A DNA stretch of 64,000 bases, taken from NCBI GenBank assembly GCA_951406725.2, contig OX597825.1:4402001-4466000 (forward strand), in the 5' to 3' direction. The notes beneath the pieces were generated by a model, which did not search any database, was not told the DNA's origin, and saw only the letters and a list, made by a program, of their open reading frames with translations. Every line of letters begins with the position of its first letter. Position 1 is the first letter of the stretch. The translations under genes were made by a program, and so were the position numbers. Positions 1 to 12,952 of the stretch are shown here, piece after piece. Source of the DNA: Octopus vulgaris. Lineage: Eukaryota.

Positions 1-1270
1 CTTTAATAAATCTTCTGTAAAAGTCACCTATTCTACCACATCTAATTTGAAATTCATAGTTGCCCCATAACAGACGCCAACTACAACGCCAGTCTTTAAA
101 ACCTGCAAAATAAAACTGCCCCTACTTTTATTTTTGCAAGGTAATAATGCAATCTTCAATAACACAATCGAGTAAGTAGTAAAAACATAAGGCGCCTTCC
201 GACCTTCCTACCCATATGGCCGCATATATTAGTGTGATGTCCCCTCACAGTTCAATACTGATACAGATTAGACTTCCAATTCCTAATAAGCGATTTTAAG
301 AAGTTGATCTCCGCAGCTGTAAACTGTAATTACAGAGCAGGTAGCAAAATTTGCAATTGTCGAGTATCTTAACTCTGTCCTTTTGGAGTGTGAAAATATG
401 TAGTCTAGAAGTCCAGTGCTATAACACCCTGCTCCCAACAAGCAAGGGTCTGTATCGGCGCAATTGTTGATTTCAGTCACCACTATCGAGCACACATGAT
501 CTGTTTCTGCAATCCAAATTCTAAATAATCTACCATCCTAGTAGCATACACAACCTCAAATTCTAAAATGTCTCCTACACTCTGAACCATCGTAATTAAG
601 GTTCCCCCATACATCGCAAACATCGCAGAATGTAAATTATCTTGAAGGGAATCGCTAAACATCTTTCGCAACCAAGACTCCTCGATACTTAATAGATTCT
701 CAATGTAATAGTGTTTCGTAAACACAGCTTCTACTCGTCATTTGCCCATTTTGTTAAATCCTTTACTATAATTATCCTTAATTACAATTAACCTCGAGGT
801 ACGTAAACTTGCCCCCTCCAGTAACATCACCCTTCCTATTGCAAGTTAGCCACCACATCTCACCTCCCTCACGCCCTCTCCATCCTCACAAGTGTTTTTC
901 TCTCATTTCTCCTCTTCAAACAAAAGCATTTAAACTTACCTCATTCAATTAGGTACTGACCTATCAACTTTCAATAAAACGTATTCTAATAATTCTAATA
1001 TTATATATAACAATATATATTCCAATAATTTTACAATTCAGATTCCAATAATTCTATAGCAATTATCACAAATTTTTTAAGTCTATGCACAAACCCAACA
1101 GAGCAGGCAATCTTTCAATTACATTCACCCTCCCCCTCCCATCCATCTGCCAACTCTCCACCTCCTCTGTCACCTCCCTTAATACACTCATCATTAACTC
1201 CATACATACATCTTTATAATTTCTTGAGGATTTCAACGACGTAGTGAATGTACGTGCTATCAGCATGTCG
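1..1270 (-). mobile_element. Highly degraded non-LTR retrotransposon fragment (APE endonuclease-like remnants)
   Basis: Minus-strand fragments in APE motif order: NYSKGFNK (~NxRGL), LLSIEESWL (~ILGxxETWL), YGGTLI (~GGVAI), LLDYIF (~LDYIF/IDH). Many stops and frameshifts. Confidence 0.3.
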
Positions 1271-1299
1271 CCATCTTGAATATATATCTATCTTTGTAG

Positions 1300-1347
<48 letters not shown>

Positions 1348-1364
1348 ATATATATATATATATA

Positions 1365-2985
1365 CAGTTGCGGCCAAAATGTTCAGAACGGAATTGTTTT
1401 CGTCAGAAAAGTAAGTATATGTTTTTATCAAAGTAGTTTTATATTCTATAATTTCCACAGACAATAAATACAATATTAATTGTTATTTTATTGCCTGAGA
1501 TGTTTATGTAATTTGAGAGGATAATACAAAAGTTATGGATGATTTAGTGATTTACTGCAAAACCCATGGTGGCCAAAATGATCAGAACGGTTGAAAAAAT
1601 AACAAAATAATCAAAATGACAGAGAATACTGGAATTATTTCATATTTAGTGTGAAGCTATTTAGCTTCAATCACACTCCGACATCTTCGACTGTATGAGG
1701 AAATTAAATTTTCAATTTCTTGCTGGGTGATCTTATTCCATTCTTCCTGAAGGGCATTCCATAATTGCTCAGTTGTTTTAGGATTTCTGGCTTTCGAACG
1801 TTCTCCTAGAATATTCCATACATTTTCAATAGGATTGAGATCTGGGCTTTGACCAGGCCAATCAATAACAATAACCTTTTCAGCCTTGAGGAAGTTCATG
1901 ACCACTTTAGCCTTGTGACATGGGGCATTGTTCTGCATGAATATGGGTGGTCGCTTAGCTGAATTTCTCAGCACAGGCAAGACATGATCTTTTACAAGTT
2001 ATTTATAAACTCCTGCATTTACCTTTCCATGTAATCGCACCAAATGGCCCACACCATCTCCAGATATCATCCCCCAAACCATGACACTTGCTCCACCGAA
2101 TTTAGCACTAGTCTTAAGGCATTTAGGCGACAATATTTCACCTACTTTTCTTCTTTTCCCATCTGAGCCAAATAACATACTCTTAGATTCATCACTGAAA
2201 TGCACTGTTTGCCATTTTTCTTGAGACCACAACACATGTTCGGTTGCAAAGGTAAGACGACACTTTTTATTCTTGGAGCTGATCGGTGGCTTCACTGCAG
2301 GTGCTCTTGCTTGTAGGTCATGTTCAACTAAACGACGAGACACAGTTTTTCGAGATAAAGTTTACTTCAATACAAGGCTCATTTTCCGAGAAACAGCAGC
2401 AGCAGTTTTAAATCTGTCCTCTTTAACCAACTTTACCATAGCACGATCTTCTCTCTTGGTCGTTTTTCTTGATCTACCTGTAAACTTTCTTGCTTCACAC
2501 GAACCACAATCATCGTAGACCTTAATAATACCGTGTACAACACTTTTTGACTTGTTAACAATCTTTGCAATAGATCCAATACTTAAATAATCCTTCCTTC
2601 GAAGCTTAATAATTTGTTGTTGAATTGGTAACGGAGTAAGTGGCATTATATTAACAAAGTATACTGCAAATATTCTTACTAATGTTTAGTAAACGAACCG
2701 TCACGTAAACAAATTCAAAACATTAGAGTTCGCCGGTTAAATATACCAAAACACGGAGTAAAAGCAACCGTTCTGATCATTTTGGCCGCCATGGGTTTTG
2801 CAGTAAATCACTAAATCATCCATAATTTTTGTATTCTCCTCGCAAATTACACTAAAATCTTCGGCAATAACAATTAATATTGTATTTATTGTCTGTGAAA
2901 ATTATAGAATATAAAACAACTTTGATAAAAAATTATATCTACTTTTCTGACGAAAAGAATGCCGTTCTGAACATTTTGGCCACCA

Positions 2986-2988
<3 letters not shown>
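1365..2988 (-). mobile_element. Full-length Tc1-family DNA transposon, IR/DR type (inactivated)
   Basis: Ends CAGTTG...CACTG are flanked by TA inside (TA)n. Inverted repeats of about 225 bp (1365-1593, 2765-2988) each carry outer and inner direct repeats GGCCAAAATG(T/A)TCAGAACGG. Internal transposase on the minus strand. Confidence 0.95.
1642..2646 (-). pseudogene. Tc1 DD34E transposase pseudogene
   Basis: ORFs 2362-2646, 1999-2343 and 1657-1980 are in one frame, separated by single stops. HTH N-terminus with GRSRKTT (GRPR-like), VHFSDESK, VMVWG, FMQNNAPCH (second catalytic D mutated to N), WPGQSPDLNPIENVW (34 residues to E), and C-terminal AK*LHTKY. Confidence 0.93.
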
Positions 2989-3051
<63 letters not shown>

Positions 3052-4320
3052 CTCTACATAAGCGATTTTAAGAAGTTGATCTCTGCAGCTGTAAACTGTA
3101 ATTGCAGAGCACCCGCGTAGTAGAATAATAATAGCATCCAACCTGGAAAAAAGCTGTTGCCAACCTGCTTTCTAACCAGACAGCCATGGCAGTGGTCAGA
3201 AATCTCTTGAAACAATTTACACAAAAACCGTTCTCGTTTATATTTTATCTTAAATGTTGTTGTATTTTATTGTGTATAAAGATGATAAGGCTTCTTGTGG
3301 TCTTTCTAAAATAAAAAGTATTTCGTGCCAAGTTGTCTTTTTAACCAAAAATCAAACAAATTTCTACAATTCATTTGTTGGTGTTGTTGTTGTTACATTT
3401 CTCTGGAGGGGGAGAGGTCTCTTTTTATTCTTACTTTTTGTTTGTTTTCTAAATAGGCAACAACGAAACAATTCTGAAAAAATAGTGATTAAAGTAGAAT
3501 ACGAAATAACCTTAAATGAGTGATGATAACATTAATTACATTTTAGCGCAAGGATATAATTAGAGAATCTTATAGAATTTTTTTTATGTTGTTGATGTAG
3601 TTTTTATTGAATATATATTTTTTTTGATGATTCGTGTGTTTTCTTTCTTTTCTTTTTAAAATTCATTTACGGTGTTTTGTCTTAAAATGTGAAACGTCTA
3701 TTTTTCGTTGTTGTCATGAAGTTAGAATTTCAGTTATTAAACGATCCATTTAATTACCCTCGAGGTTAATGTCCATCAAATAGACAGAGCTTTCATTTCA
3801 GCAATCTAATAGTCATCTCACTTGGGGAATGATGAAGAGGACAGAAGATTATAGATCGCAGCAGATAACTTGGATACTGTAAAGTGTTAAGCATCAGACA
3901 CAGTTCAGTGTATGTTTATGTAATACTCTTACTGTAAATGCGTCTACTGGTGTACAAACGCATCTGTAAATGTACATGTGTGCTTTTACTTGAGTTACCA
4001 TGTGGACATGTGGACTCTAATTACTTTCAATGTTCTCTGGCATCACTTGATGATAGCTTCTTTTCAACGAGTGAGGAAATGAATTGGTTAAAAATAGAAA
4101 TAGAATTATCACAAAGATAATATACATTTTGTGAGGAATGGTTAGGAAAATACACAACTCTGCATTCTGAATGGATTTGCAAATATTGGCTGAAGTTATT
4201 TCGCTTTCATCGGTTATCATTTTTATCATTTATTTTTCTCTATTCTTTGGATTGCAAATATGTGTCAGTATGGAGTTCAAAGTTCTTAGAAAATTGCGTC
4301 TTTGTATATACGTATATGTG

Positions 4321-4386
<66 letters not shown>

Positions 4387-4589
4387 TATACTACTAATCT
4401 AGGATGAATTCTTTTTTTACAGAAAAAAATTCCATAAAAAATGTGGCAGCATTTTAAAATACCTTTACGTAATTTTAACCGTAAAAAAAAATATATATAT
4501 CTGTGTGTGTGTGTGTGTGTGTGTGTCTGTATCTGTGTCTGTGTTTGGGTGAGTGTGTCTGTCTGTGTATGTATACACACAGACACACA

Positions 4590-4860
4590 CGCGCGCCTCT
4601 TCCTTTAGGATTACCAGCACTATATTCCCTCCCTTTCTTTAAACCTCATCTTTCAAACTTTTTTCCAATCATCCACCATGCTTGACCGCTAAATCCACAC
4701 ATTTTTTCATTCCTTGTTTATTTTCTCTCATCCCTTTCTGCTGAAGAGCGTAGGCTCGAAATTTAAAAAGACTTCTTCATTTTCCTGGGCGTCAAACTAA
4801 TACACCGTCTTCTTGTTCATACTCCTGTCTTCTTATGTTTTTCTATAAATTTCAACTATA
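4590..4860 (+). mobile_element. Short hammerhead-containing repeat (Penelope-like element or retrozyme remnant), family H1
   Basis: Pyrimidine-rich stretch followed by CTTT-CTGCTGA-A-GAGC-gtag-GCTC-GAAA, then a tail (aaactaatacac...gtcttc) also seen at 14550-14680 and 22005-22121. Bounded by microsatellites. Confidence 0.6.
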
Positions 4861-4988
4861 ATATATATATGAGTGTGAGTGTAGATATATATACAGATCT
4901 ATACACTCGCATATACATTTATACATATACATATATATACATATATATATATATATGCACCCACACACACACACACATATATATATTA

Positions 4989-5045
<57 letters not shown>

Positions 5046-5047
<2 letters not shown>

Positions 5048-5285
5048 AGCACTCCGTCGCTTACAACGGTGAGGGTTCCAGCTGATACGTGGTTTCCTTG
5101 GAGAATAAGTGTGACAGAGAGTGTAACAATGTTGGCCCTCTGAAATACAGGTACCACTCATTTTTACCATCTGAGTGGACTAGAGCAACATGAAATAAAG
5201 TGTCTTGCTCAAGGACACAACGCGTCACCTGATATTGAACTCACGACCTTATAATAGTTAGCCGAATACGCTAAACGACGCGCCT

Positions 5286-5289
<4 letters not shown>
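5046..5289 (-). mobile_element. tRNA-derived SINE, family C
   Basis: Minus strand shows a tRNA-like head with B-box-like GAGTTCAATATC, then GTGTCCTTGAGCAAGACACTTT, typical of the central domain of metazoan SINE superfamilies. Embedded in (TA)n. Confidence 0.7.
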
Positions 5290-5339
<50 letters not shown>

Positions 5340-5390
5340 TACATACATACATACACACATACATACATATATATGCGTGTGTGTATTAGC

Positions 5391-5519
5391 TCGACCCCAG
5401 TACGCAAATAGAACTCTATTTATCGACCTCGTTGGAATTTGAACTCAGAACGTAACGTCAGATGACATAACAAAAGCATTTCGCCCGGCGCCCTAACGTT
5501 TCTGCCAGCTCGTCGCCTT
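5391..5519 (-). mobile_element. tRNA-derived SINE family B, partial
   Basis: Reverse complement of AAGGCGACGAGCTGGCAGAAACGTTAG...GAGTTCAAATTCC...GGGGTCGA, shared with many copies in the window. Confidence 0.85.
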
Positions 5520-6813
5520 AGTGAAAACACATATTGCATAATGTCGACGAGAGGTAGAGAAGTTCCATAGCGCAACCAGGAAATTCAGGATGTTAAGAGT
5601 GCAAAGTAATTTATTCAAGGAACTAATATTACACTCAATTCAATGGAAACCGGATGCAAGTAAAGTGCTGCCAATTTGCCAGCTAATGTTTGCTGTACAA
5701 AAGTAATGCTCTTACAAGACCACAGACGGCGAGAGCCTCACCGGAATGAATACCTAAGAAGGCAAGTGGCATAAGTATTATACTAGAGATTAGGTCTTTA
5801 TGTTTCGTTTCCAACATTTATTGGTAGCCAGACAGACACAAAAAAGGAAAATGTCCTTTGCATTTGGAAACACTGGAAATATTTTTAAAGAACATTTCAT
5901 TTAATTTTTCCTCAATATAATTGTTTTTCATGCTTTACTCTAAGTCGAAAAAGTCGCAAAAGCTCAAAACGGTACTAAAATGGTTTTCATGATAAAATAA
6001 TTTTAGCATTTTCTACCTTATACATACATATATATATATGCCCGCGCTCATATGTTTGCATGTGTTTGTGTGTTTGTGTGTGAGCGTGTGCGTAGGTGCT
6101 TGTGCATTTCTCTTCATTAAAGAAAGTCGCCATTCTTTAGGATTTTTTCCAAAGGGTTACTCAAAGGACTTTGAATTCTTGTACAAGAAAGCGAGATAAT
6201 AAAGAAACAATATTTTAAGTCTGACGTCAACCTGGTCAAAGCAGGAAGCCTCCTATCAAAGACTCTTTGAAGAATTCATATTTGTAGTTTGGTTTGTGAT
6301 AGAGTCTTAGAGTCTAACACAAAAATATCATTAGTTACTGATTGCAAGTCATTACCCTCTTGTTGTATTTACTCTTTCGTTGAATTTTACGCATCCTTTC
6401 TCCCTTTCTCGCTTTCTGTCATTCTCCTATTCACTTTTTTCTCCTTTCCTATTTCACTATCTTGCTTTCTCTCTCTTTTCTAACTTATGCTTATTCTCAC
6501 TCTCACTCGTATTCTTTTTGCACTGCTCCTCAATACAAGATAGACTTTCAGTCACTTATCTCTCTTACACCATCGGCAGGTAATGAATGCATTGAAAAGC
6601 AGAATTACTCAAATTTTCAGTTCGAAAGATAATATTACTTTTGAATTATACTAAGGCGGTTTCACAAAACGTATGATGAGTGAAATAGTGATTCTTTGTT
6701 TGAAACATATAGCGTGGTTATATTATGGCCATGTTTATGTAGTTTAAGATGCATATATACATACATACATACATACATGCATACATACATACATACATAC
6801 AGACAGACAGACA

Positions 6814-6849
<36 letters not shown>

Positions 6850-6854
6850 TATAT

Positions 6855-7268
6855 AGGCGCAGGAGTGGCTGTGTGGTAAGTAGCTTGTTTACCAACCACA
6901 TGGTTCCGGGTTCAGTCCCACTGCGTGGCACCTTGGGCAAGTGGCTTCTACTATAGCCTCGGGCCGACCAAAGCCTTGTGAGTGGATTTGGTAGACGGAA
7001 ACTGAAAGAAGCCCGTCGTATATATGTAAATATATATACATGCGTGTGTGTGTTTGTGTGTCTGTGTTTGTCCCCCTAGCATTGCTTGACAACCGATGCT
7101 GGTGTGTTTATGTCCCCGTTACTTAGCGGTTCGGCCTTAGAGACCGATAGAATATGTACTGGGCTTACAAAAGAATAAGTCCCGGGGTCGAGTTGCTCGA
7201 TTAAAGGCGGTGCTCCAGCATGGCCGCAGTCAAATGTCTGAAACAAGTAAAAAAGTAAAAGAGTGAAA
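6855..7268 (+). mobile_element. Full-length tRNA-derived SINE family A (CORE-like domain, internal microsatellite)
   Basis: A-box-like TGGCTGTGTGG and B-box-like GGTTCAGTCCC, then CACCTTGGGCAAGT, an internal (TA)/(TG) tract and tail GGTGCTCCAGCATGGCCGCAGTC...GAAACAAGTAAAA. Near-identical inverted copy at 34861-35305. Confidence 0.92.
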
Positions 7269-7713
7269 GTATATATATATGTATATATATGTATATATAT
7301 ATAGGATTTGAAAGGATTTACAAAAGTAAAGTGTAAGGCTTTGTGGTGTCACCAATTAGTTAGCAGAGATGTATTAAGATATAGAAATAGAGTCTTTGAC
7401 AATGGTAACAATATGTTAAGGGAGGCTTTGTGTGTGAACAGTTTACATAAAATTGTCCAAAATAGGCAGTAAAATAAGTTCATAATTGTTTAAAGTTCAT
7501 CAGAAATCATACTTGTTTAGAAGCATTTTACAGAAAGAATTTGTAGACGGTATTTGATAGGAGAAAGCGTGTATTGCATTGTTAAATGTTCATTAGAAAT
7601 CACTATTTTTTATACCGTTTTAGAAGAATGACCAATGATCCACTTATTTTCAAATACGCTTCCCTATATATTTTCATTCGTGCCGTACCTTTCAATTTTA
7701 CCTTGATAATTAT

Positions 7714-7737
7714 GCAAAAAGTATAATTACTAGGATC

Positions 7738-7781
<44 letters not shown>

Positions 7782-7805
7782 GATCTCAGTAATTATGCTT
7801 TTTGC
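7714..7805. repeat. Palindrome centred on a (TA)n tract
   Basis: Left arm GCAAAAAGTATAATTACTAGGATCAATTTTA versus reverse complement of right arm GCAAAAAGCATAATTACTGAGATCAATTTTA. Confidence 0.85.
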
Positions 7806-8246
7806 TGTTGATGTTTTTAAGTCTGGTACTTATTATATTGGTTTCTTTTGCCAAACTGCTAAAACCATAACAGACGATTGCTTTAGACGTCGATTTACGA
7901 GTCTACCCTCGACAGAGCCAGATAAACTCTAAAGTCGGTGATTTTGGTAATTTACTGTATGTTCCATGTCAAATTTCTTTTCATCACTGAACACCGGGTT
8001 GGGCAGCGTAACTTCATCAATCAGACGTGGGAAAGAACGGCTTCTCTCCACTCTCAAAGCCTGATAAACTTTCCATTATCTAATTTATAAATCTGGATTT
8101 ACTTATCCTGAAACAAAAAGCAGACACACAAACGTTTGCTGAGGAGGTGTAATTTTCGTATTTTATCACATTTACTCATTGTATTAAAGCTCAAAATTTC
8201 GGCTGTCTTTATTTCGTGACACCGTGTACACGCACACATTCATATA

Positions 8247-8299
<53 letters not shown>

Positions 8300-8980
8300 G
8301 CATGTATGCATGTATATGCAAAGGTTAAGTATAGCGATTTATGAATGTCGGAAATCAGTGATCTGTTACGGTTAAGTGTAAGATTCAGTGTGAATTATAT
8401 GCAAACATCGGGAATCATCAAATAATAGCTTCATTTGTAACGATAATATGCACCGAATAAATGAGCGAAGAAGATATTAACTGGTCCTCTATTTATCATT
8501 GCCATCGTAACAAAGCAAGTTAGAACAATTTAGAGTTGTTGTGGTTCACTGGATTAATTTTGTAGATAATCTGGTTAATATAGAGGGAGAGAGAACAAGA
8601 GAGTCTACGAAGATAAAAGATTAACTGTTCTTTTGGTGTAGGATGAAAGGTCATGCATGAAGTGGGAGAAGAGATTTGCTCCCTGACAAGCGACGAAGGG
8701 ACGAAAGAAATAGAACCAAATGGAGGTCACTAAGTTCTATCTTTTGCAAACAAAGCATACAAACGAGTCTGCACTGTGTCAGCCTTTATCCATGTTTGAC
8801 CTGTAAAGGACTAAAAGGTCAGGTTACTCTCATAAGTTTCCATGGGCAACAAGCGAGAACAATATGCAGCGAACCTGTAGGAATACGTTAGAAATTTGCT
8901 AGGTTTTCGCAACACACACATACACACACATAAACAAACACACAAACAAACTTACACGTACACACATTATATACACACAA

Positions 8981-9018
<38 letters not shown>

Positions 9019-9708
9019 CTATATACATATATACATGTCTGTGTTTGTGTGTGTTAAGGGTTAGCAGTGCTAACATTGTTTTCATGTGGAAGAATTTCCA
9101 CTATTTTCAAGCAATTTATTGAAACATTTATGTAATTACCTCCGACTACACGGAATGAATATCCAGACCCTAGGATGTGATGAATAAAGACCTGTTAAGT
9201 ATCATTTCTGTTGTATTAGCCCGGGGTCGGCTTTTTTGTTTTTGTTTTGTTCTTGCGATTATTTGCGTTTACCAGAGATTACTTAATCTATAGTGAACGT
9301 AAACATTTAAAAGTATTCAGGTCCAATACAAGATATATCATTATCAGTTTCCTATCCTGATATGTCTATCCATTTTGAAATCTTACATAGTCTCGTTTGA
9401 ACTCGTGTATTCTCATCCAAAATACGGGCGATTACCAGCATTTTAAATCGAATCGCTTGAAGACTGAGCAAAAACCTTTCCACTCAAACATTGACAATAT
9501 TGTCCATCCGCACTTCAATAATTTTTCCAGAAACGGAGTTCTAATCACGTATTCTCGCTGTTCGATACTATTGCACATATTGCATACATATATGAGACTG
9601 CATATGTGCGTGGGCGTGTGTGTGTGTTTGTGTGTATGTATGTGTGTGCGTGTTTGTACATGGGCGTGTGTGTGTGTGTGGCTGCTTGTATGTATGTGTT
9701 AGTGTTAA

Positions 9709-9886
9709 AAGGAAATAGGAAAAATTTAAGATGACTGTTTCATGAATTTCATTGCACTGATTATACTCGCTATAGTGAGCAACAAAATAAGCATAACTGC
9801 TCTTCATATGTGTGCGTGTGCGTGTGTATACATACGTATATATGTTTATATACATATATTAGACACACATAGGCAAATAACCACAT

Positions 9887-9961
<75 letters not shown>

Positions 9962-10210
9962 TAGAATCATGTACACTCACATATACATAAGTCTAATTTT
10001 CGTAAACATTTTAGCAAGTCACTACTGGCTATTAAGCGAGTCATAAATGATACATAACAGTAAATACAACAATCACATTATTGTAATCGTGCACATACAT
10101 ATGTATGTATGTATGCATGTATGTATGTATATATGTATGTATATATGTATGTATGTATATATACATATAATCATACATACAAACATAGACAGCCACCCAC
10201 ACTCACACAT

Positions 10211-10248
<38 letters not shown>

Positions 10249-10372
10249 TCATGCATATACATATATATATAAATATATATATATGCATAGATACATTTAA
10301 ACATATAGATATACATGCATATATATATATATATATATACATACGTACATACATACATAAATGTATACATAC
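9709..10372 (+). repeat. Donor segment of local inverted duplication
   Basis: Unique sequence 9709-10100 and the interspersed microsatellites match the reverse complement of 11543-12214 nearly perfectly. Confidence 0.92.
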
Positions 10373-11291
10373 CAATACAAACACACACACATGTATATAT
10401 ATATATATATATATTCATACACTTTATATGTGTGTATATATTTTCATACACTTTATATGTGTGTATATATTTGTACGTACACATACATATCATACTGGCA
10501 TATGTATGTATATATGTGTATATATATATATATGTGTTTTTGTACATATATGCATATATAAATGATACATACATACATTTATATATATATGCACTAGATT
10601 GATAATGCTTACCGCATGTAATTTAGTATGTTGGGCTTAACCGACATTATTTTTGGCAAAATAATATATGTCATAAGAATAATAACATCGATAGCTAAGA
10701 TAATTATTACATTAATTATGAAAACAATGTACATTAAATTTCAGCGTCAATATCTGTGAAAATGTGACAAAATGAACATTGTTGTACCAAAACAATAATG
10801 AAAATAGATTATTACAAAGAGCTATAATAATATTTATTTTTCATTGTTATTGTTAATATAATAATTAATGCTACCGTATTTGATTTGTTCATAGTATTGA
10901 CAATAGTTCCACTTTTGTCGCTAATGTAAGTATGAGTAAAGAAGAAGTAGATGTCAGCAACGTTGCTACCAATGATTAAGGAGGACATTATTTAGTTTAT
11001 TGTAGAAGTAGAGTCGAGAAGATGGATGTGTTTTGTAAGTGAAATAATGTGTACCCTTGTAGCTATTGTATAAATATATGACAGTCGAACCGCAGGTAGT
11101 TATTCTACATTGAAAGCGTTCACCTTCGAAACACGCATTGAGTCGAAACAGGGGCAGCTGATGAAGGGGGGATTTTCCTTGTATTTTTGTCCTGTACTCT
11201 GTTTTTTCGTTGTTAAAAAAACTCCGTTTCCTTGTTTGGTTTTATGTTTTCGTTTCTCGTTGTGTTCTACGTTTATTTATGGTGTCCTGTA

Positions 11292-11346
<55 letters not shown>

Positions 11347-11468
11347 TTGTATATATACATATATATGTAAGTATGTACATATATGTATGTATATATGCAT
11401 ATATTTTATTTATTTATTATATTGTTATTATATGACCGAACGCACGCGTCGTTTCTTCTCTCCAAGTA

Positions 11469-11499
<31 letters not shown>

Positions 11500-11522
11500 T
11501 CTTTTATTCATACATTTATTTT

Positions 11523-11567
11523 ATTCTTTTACTTGTTTCACTGTATGTATACATTTATGTATGTATG

Positions 11568-11607
<40 letters not shown>

Positions 11608-11677
11608 TGTATATCTATATGTTTAAATGTATCTATGTATATATATATATATTTATATATATATGTATATGCATGAA

Positions 11678-11730
<53 letters not shown>

Positions 11731-11994
11731 GTGTGTGTGTGTGTATGTGTGAGTGTGGGTGGGTGTCTATGTTTGTATGTATGATTATATGTATATATAC
11801 ATACATATATACATACATATATACATACATACATGCATACATACATACATATGTATGTGCACGATTACAATAATGTGATTGTTGTATTTACTGTTATGTA
11901 TCATTTATGACTCGCTTAATAGCCAGTAGTGACTTGCTAAAATGTTTACGAAAATTAGACTTATGTATATGTGAGTGTACATGATTCTATGTGC

Positions 11995-12031
<37 letters not shown>

Positions 12032-12378
12032 CGTGTATGTGGTTATTTGCCTATGTGTGTCTAATATATGTATATAAACATATATACGTATGTATACACA
12101 CGCACACGCACACATATGAAGAGCAGTTATGCTTATTTTGTTGCTCACTATAGCGAGTATAATCAGTGCAATGAAATTCATGAAACAGTCATCTTAAATT
12201 TTTCCTATTTCCTTGTCATTTCACTGCGGCCATGCTGGAGCACCGCTTTTAGTCGATCCCAGGACTTATTCTTTGTAAGCCTAGAACTCATTCTTCCGGT
12301 CCTTTCGCCAAGCTGCTAAGTTACGGGGACGTAAACACAACAACATCGGTTGTCAAGCGATGTTATGAGGACAGAGAC
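11523..12378 (-). mobile_element. SINE family A 3' half, split by the insertion
   Basis: Tail end at 11523-11540 and body at 12215-12378 match the reverse complement of about 7060-7260. Confidence 0.85.
11541..12214 (-). repeat. Inverted duplicate of 9709-10372 inserted within a family A SINE tail
   Basis: Reverse complement matches 9709-10372. The flanks (TTCTTTTACTTGTTTCA | GTCATTTCACTGCGGCCATGCTGGAGCACC) rejoin into the contiguous SINE tail seen at 34870-34920. Confidence 0.9.
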
Positions 12379-12616
12379 AAGAAAACGTATGTACACCCAC
12401 ACACACACATATATATATATATACACACATATATACGCACATATATATGTATATATATACATGTATATATATATATATACATATACGTATATACTTATAT
12501 ATACATACACATATATATACATACATATATATATATACATATATACGCACATATATATGTATATATATACATGTATACATATATACATATACGTATATAT
12601 TTATATATATATATAC

Positions 12617-12677
<61 letters not shown>

Positions 12678-12774
12678 TGTATATACATATATATGTATTT
12701 ATGCAAATATACATATATATAAAAGAACACTCACACACACATATACAATTGAAGAGTAGCGTAAGTTATTCTTC

Positions 12775-12952
12775 AATTTTGAAGGCGGAGCCAAAACTAT
12801 TACATCAACCCCAGAGCACAACTGGTACTTATTCCAGCGACCTCGAAAGGATGAACGGCACAGTCAACATTAGCTGAATTTCAAATCCGAACACACGAAA
12901 TACCGTTAAGCATTTCGCGTGATTGCTAACAATTCTGCCGCTTCGCCTCCTT
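12775..12952 (-). mobile_element. SINE family B, degraded
   Basis: CTGGTACTTATT...GAAAGGATGAA...GAAATACCG.TAAGCATTTCG...TTCTGCC. Confidence 0.75.

Noticed and set aside
6855-6930. tRNA-like A/B boxes as a tRNA gene
   Set aside because: No complete cloverleaf, and the sequence continues into a multi-copy SINE body.
7880-7920. Minus-strand CTGTCGAG..CTCGTAAA as a hammerhead
   Set aside because: Core mismatches at several invariant positions and no convincing stem I.
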